Part shown: positions 14,205 through 24,061 of the stretch, piece after piece | Position numbering within the stretch: the first letter of the stretch is position 1 | Layout: the number at the start of each line of letters is the position of its first letter | NCBI GenBank assembly: GCA_047967505.1 | Contig: CM106538.1 | DNA length: 64,000 nt | Source of the DNA: Dipteris shenzhenensis | Taxonomy: Eukaryota | Reading direction: 5' to 3' (one strand) | Position numbers and translations under genes: made by a program | The notes under the pieces: model-generated | What the model saw: the letters and a program-made list of their open reading frames with translations, nothing else | What the model was told of the DNA's origin: nothing | Database searches by the model: none

Positions 14205-14439
14205 CTACACTTATAAAACCAAAACATAAGCATGAAGAGGAGATGTACACAATTATGAGCATAGCATGTTTAATTTGAGCTTCTCTTGAGGCTATATAAA
14301 AAGAATGACATCGCTATATAGTAAGGATTGAAACAAAAAATCCTATATAGTAAGGCTGTGTAGTAAGAGGAGATATTGACAATTATAGGCATAGCATGTT
14401 TGAGTCACAAGAGGCCTCATTAAAAAACAAACAGTAAGC

Positions 14440-14575
14440 GTCGCTATATAGCGACATTTTCAATTAAAAACGTCGCTATATAGCGACGATTTTAATTGAA
14501 AGCGTCGCTATATAGCGACGTTTTCAATTAAAAACGTCGCTATATAGCGACGAATAAGCGTCGCTATATAGCGAC
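14440..14575. promoter_or_regulatory. Internal palindrome array between the two divergent genes (putative bidirectional promoter region)
   Basis: Five perfect GTCGCTATATAGCGAC copies about 240 bp upstream of the tnpD ATG and upstream of the putative ORF2 leader exons; regulatory role is inferred. Confidence 0.6.
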
Positions 14576-15439
14576 GCTGTGGGTTAAAACCCGAAACGCC
14601 GAAACCCGCGGCGTTTTGCTCAAAGCTTTCCTAATCTCTAAACTAAGCTCTCCAAAATCTCCTCCCACCTATTTTCACTGACCTCCCATCTATTCCAAGC
14701 AACCTCCTACCCTATTTCCCACTCCTCACCCTCCTCCTACCTCTTGTGCACCCTCTCTCTCCTTTTTCCCTCTTTGGTTTCCAGAAAGAAAGTTCTTCAA
14801 AAGGTGAGTTTTTTTCAACAATGTAGGTTGTTTGTTTGTTAGCTTTGGTTTTGTGAGTGTTTCTACTTGTATTGCTAAAGTTTTAAACTAGTTTTCATGC
14901 TTGATTAGAAAGGATTCAAACAAAAAACGAAATTTCAAGAAAGAAAGAAAGAAACTCACCTCTTCTTTATGTATTTCTCTTCCTTCTCTTCTCCTCAATC
15001 TCCTCCTTTCCTTGTCTCCTCAATCTTCTCTTTCCTTGTCTCCTTTCAAGAAGTTGCTTTTGTGATCTCCTCTTTCCACTAACATCTTATTTGAAAAAAT
15101 GGGTTGTTTTCTCTCTTTTGTAGGGCCAGTCCACTACACCGAGCGGGACATAGTCTCTCTTTTGTGGGCCCAGTCCACTACACCGAGCGGGACATACTTT
15201 TACAGGTAAGTGCTTCCTCTTCTTTCCATTTAAGCTTTTTGTTATTTGCATTTGCCTGCAGCTAGCGCCTTAAGCGCTAGCTGCAGTGATGGGCGTAGGA
15301 ACCCTCTCTTCCCCCTTCTCTTTTTCTCATTTTCCCCCTTCTCTTTTTTCCCTCTTCTCTTATTCTCTCTTTCCCCCTCTCTCTTTTCCCTTCTCTCTTT
15401 CCTTTCCCCCTTATTCTCTATTTCCGCATCCCTCTTATT

Positions 15440-18320
15440 CTCTTATGCTTATGCTTCTCTCATTCCGCATAAGCTCCTCCTCTATTTCCGCATGAGCATA
15501 AGCATGAGCTTATGCTTATGCTTATGCATAAGCATAAGCATAAGCTCATGCTTATGCTCATTCATGAGCATGAGCTTATGCGTAAGTTTCCGCAAGAGCT
15601 TATGCGGAAATAGAGAATGAGAGAAGCATATGCTTCTCTCATTCTCTTTTTCCGCATAAGCTCCTTCTCTCATTCCGCATAAGCTCCTTCTCTTTTTCCG
15701 CATGAGCATAAGCATGAGCTTATGCTTATGCTTATGCTTATGCTTACGCTTATGCATAAGCATAAGCATAAGCTCATGCTTATGCTCATTCATCCGCAAG
15801 AGCTTATGCGTAAGTTTCCGCAAGAGCTTATGCGTAAGTTTCCGCAAGAGCTTATCCGCAAGTTTCCGCAAGTGCTCCTTCTCTTTTTCCGCATGAGCAT
15901 AAGCATGAGCTTATGCTTATGCTTATGCATAAGCATAAGCATAAGCTCATGCTTATGCTCATTCATCCGCAAGAGCTTATGCGTAAGTTTCCGCAAGAGC
16001 TTATGCGTAAGTTTCCGCAAGAGCTTATCCGCAAGTTTCCGCAAGAGCTTATCCGCAAGTTTCCGCAAGTGCTCCTTCTCTTTTTCCGCATAAGCTCCTT
16101 CTCTTTTCCCGCATGAGCATAAGCATGAGCTTATGCTTATGCTTATGCATAAGCATAAGCATAAGCTCATGCTTATGCTCATTCTTCCGCATGAGCTTAT
16201 GCGTAAGTTTCCGCAAGAGCTTATGCGGAAATAGAGAATGAGAGAAGCATACGCTTCTCTCATTCTCTTTTTCCGCATAAGCTCCTTCTCTCATTCCGCA
16301 TAAGCTCCTTCTCTATTTCCGCATGAGCATAAGCATGAGCTTATGCTTATGCTCATTCATCCGCAAGAGCTTATGCGTAAGTTTCCGCAAGAGCTTATCC
16401 GCAAGTTTCCGCAAGTGCTCCTTCTCTTTTTCCGCATAAGCTCCCTCTCTTTTTCCGCATGAGCATAAGCATGAGCTTATGCTTATGCTTATGCATAAGC
16501 TCATGCTTATGCTCATTCTTCCGCATGAGCTTATGCGTAAGTTTCCGCAAGAGCTTATGCGGAAATAGAGAATGAGAGAAGCATATGCTTCTCTCATTCT
16601 CTTTTTCCGCATAAGCTCCTTCTCTCATTCCGCATAAGCTCCTTCTCTATTTCCGCATGAGCATAAGCATGAGCTTATGCTTATGCTTATGCTTATGCAT
16701 AAGCATAAGCATAAGCTCATGCTTATGCTCATGCTTCCGCAAGAGCTTATGCATAAGTTTCCGCAAGAGCTTATCCGCAAGTTTCCGCAAGTGCTCCTTC
16801 TCTTTTTCCGCATAAGCTCCCTCTCTTTTTCCGCATGAGCATAAGCATGAGCTTATGCTTATGCTTATGCATAAGCATAAGCATAAGCTCATGCTTATGC
16901 TCATTCTTCCGCATGAGCTTATGCGTAAGTTTCCGCAAGAGCTTATGCGGAAATAGAGAATGAGAGAAGCATATGCTTCTCTCATTCTCTTTTTCCGCAT
17001 AAGCTCCTTCTCTCATTCCGCATAAGCTCCTTCTCTATTTCCGCATGAGCATAAGCTCATGCTTATGCTCATGCGGAAATAGAGAAGGAGCTTATGCGGA
17101 ATGAGAGAAGGAGCTTGTCATGAGCTTATGCGCAAGTTTCCGCAAGAGCTTATGCGCAAGTTTCCTCAAGTGCTCTTTCTCTTTTTCCGCATAAGCTCCT
17201 TCTCTCATTCCGCATAAGCTCCTTCGCAAGTTTCCGCATGAGCATAAGCATGAGCTTATGCATGAGCTTATGCTTATGCTTATGCATAAGCATAAGCATA
17301 AGCTCATGCTTATGCTCATTCATGCTTATGCTTATGCTTATGCTTATGCTCATGCTTATGCTCCTTCTCTATTTCCGCATGAGCATAAGCATGAGTTTCC
17401 GCAAGTTTCCGCAAGCATAAGCATAAGCTATCCGCAAGTTTCCGCAAGAGCTTATCCGCAAGTTTCCGCAAGTGCTCCTTCTCTCTTTCCGCATAAGCTC
17501 CTTCTCTTTTTCCGCATGAGCATAAGCATGAGCTTATGCTTATGCTTATGCATGAGCATAAGCATAAGCTCATGCTTATGCTCATTCATGTCCATGAGCT
17601 TATGCGTAAGTTTCCGCAAGAGCTTATGCGGAAATAGAGAATGAGAGAAGCATATGCTTCTCTCATTCTCTTTTTCCGCATAAGCTCCTTCTCTTATTCC
17701 GCATGCAAGTTTCCGCAAGTTTCCGCATGAGCTCCTTCTCTTATTCCGCATAAGCTCCTTCTCTTTTTCCGCATAAGCTCCTTCTCTATTTCCGCATGAG
17801 CATAAGCATGAGCTTATGCTTATTCATGAGCATGAGCTTATGCGGAAGTTTCCGCAGGAGCTTATGCGGAAATAGAGAATGAGAGAAGCATATGCGGATC
17901 TCATTCTCTTTTTCCGCATAAGCTCTTTCTCTTTCTCTTTTGCGTGAGCATATGCGGAAATAGAGAATGAGAGAAGCTTATGCTTCTCTCCTCCTCTATT
18001 TTCGCATATGCGGAAACATGAGCATAAGCTCATGCTCACCCATGAGCATAAGCATAAGCTCATGCGGAAAAAGAGAAGGAGCTTATGCGGAAATAGAGAA
18101 TGAGAGATGCTTCTCTCCTTCTCTTTTTCTGCATAAGCTCCTTCTCTTTTTCCGCATGAGCATAAGCATGCGGAAACTCATCGTTCTCATGCTTATGCTC
18201 ATGCATGTGCATGAGCTTATGCATAAGTTTCCGCATAAGCTCATGCACATGCGTGAGCTTATGCGGAAATAGAGAATGAGAGAAGCATAAGCTCATTCTC
18301 TATTTCTGCATAAGCTCATT
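15440..18320. repeat. GCTTAT/ATAAGC/TTCCGCA satellite in the putative ORF2 5'UTR intron
   Basis: About 2.9 kb of inverted hexamer tracts between donor CAG|GTAAG (15205) and acceptor TTAG (18597). Confidence 0.93.
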
Positions 18321-18599
18321 CTCTATTTCCCACTCTATTTCCCCCTTCTCTCATTTCCCCCTTCTCTCATTCTCTATTTTCCCTCATCTCTTTCCCTTTC
18401 TCTCATTCTCTATTTCCTCGTTCTCATTCTTTTCTTTCCTTTACATCTTCTTTCCCTCTTATCTTTCCCTCTTCTTTCCCTCTTTCCTTTCCCTCTTCTT
18501 TCCTTTCCCTCTTCTTTCTTCTTGCCTATGCCTATGCCTATGAGAATGCTCATGTTTGTTTATTTGTTTTCTGTTTTCGTGTTTGTGTCTATGTTAGAC

Positions 18600-20175
18600 A
18601 TGGGATCACGTCGCTCATCGGACGAGTACGGACAGCCTCGCAGGAGGAGAGCTCACGATCTATATGCTCCAGAGGACTTTGATTCCTCTCAGGCGACTAC
18701 CCCGAGGACTACCCCTGGTCCGACTCCTCTCGGTCCTAGCACTGTGACTACCCCTGGTCCGACCCCTCTTCCACGTAGCACTGCGACTACCCCTCAGGGG
18801 ACTCCTTTGCTAGCCGCGCATGGCTTTGTTGGGACTCCCGACGAGTTTGTAGCGCAGATGAGCGATGAGGAGGCAGCGAGATTCTTCTCTCTGCTCTCTC
18901 AGAGGACCTCCGCAATTCCTTCCCCTACACCGACGGGTGGACGTACAGCCCAGCCATCCCCTCGCGCCCCTTCGACCGCGGGATCATCACCTGCGCATGC
19001 CTCCCGCAAGGGAAGGAAGAGTAGGATGGGCGGCTCATGTTGTGCTGACTCAGGAGATGTAGACGAGTCAGCACACTCACGCTCCTTTAGGTCTCCACTT
19101 GGTCCGGAGACACAGTATCAGTCAGGTCCCTTTCCCTCTCCTACTCCCACAGCTACTCCTCGATCCGGAAGCGGTCGCGCAGCTTCCACTCCTTCAGACT
19201 CTGCTACCGTCAGTCCCCCTTACTCATCAGGGGATCTCTCCTATCAAATCACATCTGCCGGAGAGATAATAGAAGACAAAAAGGGCAAAGCAGTGATGGC
19301 CGCCATGAGGCAGTTGATGAGTCATCACTTCAAGAGCGGCATAAATATCGATTGGCGGTATCAAGATGGCCAAAAGAAGCAGGCGGTGATCGATGAGTTA
19401 AAACTCAGATTTCCTAATCCGCCAAATGTGGAGTTTAATAACAGTTATATGCTCGAGCGCATGGGTTTGGTCCTAAAGCATCGCAGATCAACCATGCGTA
19501 CTTCCATTACAAAGGGGTTGTCTAAACCCAGCTGGGCAGACAAAGCTGATTGGAAGTACTTCAAGAAGCAACATAGGGACCATCCTGAAATGTTCGAGGG
19601 TCAGAGGAGGGCTGCGAAGAGACGGCTGGATGTCGTAGGTACTTCGCACTTTGGTGCAGGTGGACGGTATGCATTCGAGGCAACCGTGGTAAGTTTACTT
19701 CTTTCCATTTAATGTATTGTTCTATTTGTTTTACTTACATATTACATGCACTTTAGCTAACTCTAACTCTCGTAAATTGGATCCACAGCAAGCTGCGATG
19801 GGTCGTCTTCCTACGGATGCAGAGACGCGGCGCGCATTTCGGATAGGAACCAAGCCGTGGTTCATTGAGCAAGAGGCAATGGGAGCGACAGTCGATTGGG
19901 CTGAGGTGGCTACTCACACGGTATAAGTTTACTCCTGCTTGTAATCTCACTTTTTAATTTAAGTTCCAATCTAATTTTCGATTTATATGGTTCACTCTCA
20001 GGGTCAAAGCTCAAGCGTCCCATCATCAGAGACGAGCGATCAACAGGGGCAAGGATTGGACGCAGGTGCCGATGACGAAGGAGAAGACGGAGGTGTCGGG
20101 GACGAGGGAGAAGATGCAGGTGCCGAGGACCAGGGAACAGCCCAACAAGACGATTCGGATTCGGATTCGGATTAG
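18600..20175 (+). CDS. Family A ORF2 (TnpA-position accessory protein), about 464 aa; exons 18600-19688, 19789-19920, 20002-20175
   Basis: Open frame across GT-AG introns; S/P/T-rich N-terminus, core with RFPNPPN and HFGAGG shared with family B ORF2, acidic tail. Confidence 0.78.
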
Positions 20176-20452
20176 TAGTGGTAGTAGCATTTTTCATATC
20201 CGCTCGTTAGAGCCATTTTGTATCGCCCTTTCACAGGGTAATTTTGTTTCAAACACAGTTGTATATGTATATGCATTTCTTCCTCATCGTTCACAAGAAC
20301 AATTTTGTATCACCCTGCAAGCAAGGGAAATTTTGTTATAAAAAACTTTCTTTTGTAATTACAAAAAAAAAAAAATGGTTAGTGGGGCTAAACAGGGCTT
20401 CCTTTTGGCCCTGTTTAGCCCCACTAACCATTTTTTTTACCTTCTGTTAATC

Positions 20453-20621
20453 GTCGCTATATAGCGACGTTTACCAGTGTCGCTATATAGCGACGATTAA
20501 CAGAGTCGCTATATAGCGACGTTTACATCGTCGCTATATAGCGACGTTTATATCGTCGCTATATAGCGACGTTTACATCGTCGCTATATAGCGACGATTA
20601 ACAGCGTCGCTATATAGCGAC
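20453..20621. repeat. Right subterminal array of GTCGCTATATAGCGAC
   Basis: Seven perfect copies. Confidence 0.95.
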
Positions 20622-21526
20622 GGTTTATAGCGACGCTCCTTTTCCGACGATTTTAACGACTTTTATAGCGACCTTTGCGCCCGTGAAAAAAAAAATTTTA
20701 ATGTAAAAAGCGTCGGTATTTCCGTCGGAAAATGGCCTATGCCTTGTAGTGAAAAAACCTACCTACATTGTTCAAAGAGACTCACCTCTTCTAAAACTTC
20801 CTTTCAAGAAACCAAAGAGGGAGAAGGGTGGAGGGGAAGCACAAGAGCTAGGAGAGGGGTGAGTAGTGGTGAGGAGTGAAGAATAGAGTGGGAGGTCGTC
20901 GAAAATAGGTGGGAGAAGAGATTGCTTTGCTTACAATAGAGATTAGAGAGTGCTAAAGAAAGTGTCGCACGTCGCGACGGGTTTAGGTTTTAACCCACAA
21001 TGTCACTATATAGCGACGCTTTTACGTCACTATATAACGACACTAAAGAGTCGCTATATAGCGACCTTTAACACTAAACCCTAAACCCTAAACCCAAACC
21101 CTAAAAGTCGCTATATAGCAACCTTTAACCCTAAAAGTCGCTATATGGCGACACTTAACCCTAAAAGTAGCTATATAGCGACCTTTTACCCTAAGTGTCG
21201 CTATATAGTGACACTTATACCTTAAAAGTGTCAATTCAAGGCACTTGATCGAAGAAAAGAGGGAAGGAGCTCATGGGTAGCTATTTTTTGGATCTTAATG
21301 GATTTCCTTGCATTTTGTGTTGTGACTTTAGAGGTGTGCAGATGGAAGGGATGAGTGAAAGCTTGTCAGATGATGCACCAATGCTCGGGAGTGCAGAGTG
21401 GCTTACAAAGAGGTTGTATTGTCATTGCACTCATTGCAAGCGAGAAGTATGACATCAACGCCGTATTGTCATGCGCCACTTGCGGATGTATGGGGAGGAG
21501 CCCAAACCAATACCCACCGTTGGTGG

Positions 21527-21570
21527 CTCGGGGGGGTCACTCATCATATGTAAGCCTATCATGTGAGTTC
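21527..21570 (-). mobile_element. Truncated CTC...GAG MITE at a duplication junction
   Basis: CTCGGGGGGGTCACTCATCATATG..., then the sequence switches to a copy of 9281 onward. Confidence 0.8.
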
Positions 21571-23030
21571 GGGGGGAAAGAGGAGAAGAAGAGGGAAACG
21601 AAAGAGGAAAAAAGAGGGGGAAAGAGATTGAAAGATTGAAGGAGAAGGAGAAGGAGAGGAGGGAAAGAAGAGGAGAGAAGAGAGAAAGAAGAGGGAAGAG
21701 AGGGGAAGAGAGGGTTCCTACGCCCATCACTGCAGCTAGCGCTTAAGGCGCTAGCTGCACGCCAATACAAATTAAAAAAATAACAAATGGAAAAAAGAGG
21801 AAGCACTTACCTGGAATAGTACGTCCCGCTCGGTGTTTTGTGGACTGGCCCTACAAAAGAGAGGAGTCTTCTTTCTTTCTTGAAATCTCGTTTTTTGTTT
21901 CAATCCTTTGAAATCAAGCATGAAAACTAGTAATCAAGCATGAAAACTAGTAAGCAGCTTTAGCAATACAAGGAGAAGCACTCACAAAATGAAATCTCAC
22001 AAAAAACCTACCTACATTGTTCAAAGAGACTCACCTCTTCAAAAACTTCCTTTCAAGAAACCAAAGAGGGAGAAGGGTGGAGGGGGAGCACAAGAGTAGG
22101 AGAGGGGTGAGTAGTGGTGAGGAGTGGAGAATAGAGTGGGAGGTCATCGAAAATAGGTAGGAGAAGAGATTGCTTTGCTTACAATAGAGATTAAAGAGTG
22201 CTAAAGAAAGTGTCGCACGTCGCGACGGGTTTCGGTTTTAACCCACAACGTCGCTATATAGCGACGCTTTTACCTCGCTATATAACGACACTAAAGAGTC
22301 GCTATATAGCGACTCTTTAACACTAAACCCTAAACCCTAAACCCAAACCCTAAAAGTCGCTATATAGCAACCTTTAACCCTAAAAGTCGCTATATAGCGA
22401 CACTTAATCCTAAAAGTGGCTATATAGCGACCTTTTACCCTAAGTGTCACTATATAGTAACACTTATACCTTAAAAGTGTCAATTCAAGGCACTTGATCT
22501 AAGAAGAGAGGGAAGGAGCTCATGGGTGGCTCTCGGGGGGGTCACTCATCATATGTAACTCTATCACGTGAGTTCAACAAAAGGATATTGTTTATTTCTA
22601 AAATTTACAGAAATAAATATACATAAGGGACTATTTTAAATAGTTTTGGAAAAAAATTACAGATTTGTATAGAAAAGGAGTACATTTTATTAATGAAAAA
22701 TTTTACAGATAAGGGATTTTAAATATAGGCCTTGAATGCACGTGATATAGAGGGTTTGTACATAGTGAACCCCCTGAGGGGTGGCTATTTTTTGGATCTT
22801 AATGGATTTCCTTGCATTTTGTGTTGTGACTTTAGAGGTGTGCAGATGGAAGGGACGAGTGAAAGCTTGTCAGATGATGCACCAATGCTCGGGAGTGCAG
22901 AGTGGCTTACAAAGAGGTTGTATTGTCATTGCACTCATTGCAAGCGAGAAGTATGACATCAACGCTGTATTGTCATGCGCCACTTGAGGATGTATGGAGA
23001 GGAGCCCAAACCAATACCCACCGTTGGTGG
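21571..23030 (+). repeat. Second copy of a ~1.2 kb tandem duplication inside the outer family A element
   Basis: Matches 9281-9699 plus 20752-21526; lacks the inner CACTA and carries MITE copy 3. Confidence 0.9.
22532..22778 (-). mobile_element. 247-bp MITE (copy 3, inverted)
   Basis: TSD GGGTGGCT at 22524-22531 and 22779-22786; empty site near 21275. Confidence 0.92.
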
Positions 23031-23490
23031 CTCTTTGGTGGTGCACATGGTGATGGATCATCGAATAGTCATTGCTATTTGAGTTTGTGATTAATATTGC
23101 ATGCATACATGACACAAAATCTTGAGACAGGATGAGGAGGGTGGTGTGTGTATACCTTCACACTACCAATGTGGATATGAAGATAGAATCATGTGGATAT
23201 GGAGATGCCACTACCAATGCCGGATCCAATTGATCCAGATGGATTTAGAGAAGAAGATGAAGATCACAATATGAGCGAAGAGGAAGATGTGCATAATGAC
23301 ATCATATGGGAGGAAGATGGAGATCACGATATTGAGGAAGAAGGTGACGATCATCAAGAATCACCCGACTTTATTGAAGAAGATAATCAAGTCTATGGTG
23401 AACGTACGATGATGATATAGGAGATCAACTTAGTATAGAGTTGGAGATAGACTTGTTTGGCACACTAGACTTGGCTCAGGATGAAGCCAA
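22846..23490 (+). pseudogene. Internally deleted family A tnpD (first exons fused to last exon)
   Basis: MEGTS...CHCTHCKREV then a stop; joins to DMEMPLP...DPID, the C-terminal exon of the intact tnpD. Confidence 0.85.
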
Positions 23491-24061
23491 GTCTCAAACG
23501 TAGACATGAATATATGAGCTTCAAACTTGATGTACATGCTCTTCTACTTTTATTCTTTCAAAGGATCAAACATGTACATGCTCTCATATTTTTATTCTCT
23601 ATGAGATCAAACATGTATGAAAATTTAAAAAAATTTGTCATTGGAAAAGGCCTATATGAGTAAAAAACATCTCTGGAAAATGTCACTATAAAATAGTATC
23701 TCATTGTCGCTATATAGCAAAGTGCCTAATACAATGAGGCACGAGTTGCCTCATCAGCAAGAGCACCAAGGGATGGCGGACACCCAGACAGTACGACACA
23801 GGGCATGGACATGAGTGGGGTGAGGGGGTATAAAGAGAGAGAGTGTTAGAGAGTGGTGAGGGGTGGAGTTAGAGAATATAGTGACACTTAAAAGTCGCTA
23901 TATAGCAACTTTTATAATCGTTGCTATATAGCGACGTTTGCTTAACGTCGCTATATAGCGACGCGTTACGAGACATGCTTTTCATACCGACGATTAGCGC
24001 CCCGTGCGTGCTAAACATCGGTACATAAACGTCGCAATAGGATCTGTGTGTAGTAGTGTAT

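Larger units (their letters stand above)
9700..20751 (+). mobile_element. Apparently intact autonomous CACTA (En/Spm superfamily) element, 11,052 bp (family A)
   Basis: CACTACTACAC at 9700 and CCTTGTAGTG at 20751; TSD AAA supported by an empty-site copy at 21995-22010 (6 A versus 3+6 A at the filled site); two open spliced genes. Confidence 0.95.
6513..24058 (-). mobile_element. Non-autonomous CACTA element (family A), opposite orientation to the 9700-20751 element it hosts
   Basis: CACTACAAGG at 6513 and GTAGTAGTG at 24058; TSD TAT at 6510-6512 and 24059-24061; removal rejoins the host frame SIFY|CLPYWSHLKINHLLDPMH; both internal genes largely deleted. Confidence 0.93.

Noticed and set aside
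20453-20621. CRISPR-like array of palindromic repeats with spacers (also 9796-9940 and 14440-14575)
   Set aside because: Repeats are 16 bp, spacers are short and themselves repeated, there are no cas genes, and the context is a eukaryotic transposon.
6513-20751. A single CACTA element defined by the long matching inverted ends at 6513 and 20751
   Set aside because: Flanks differ (TAT versus AAA). These are the same end type of two antiparallel nested copies, each with its own matching TSD.
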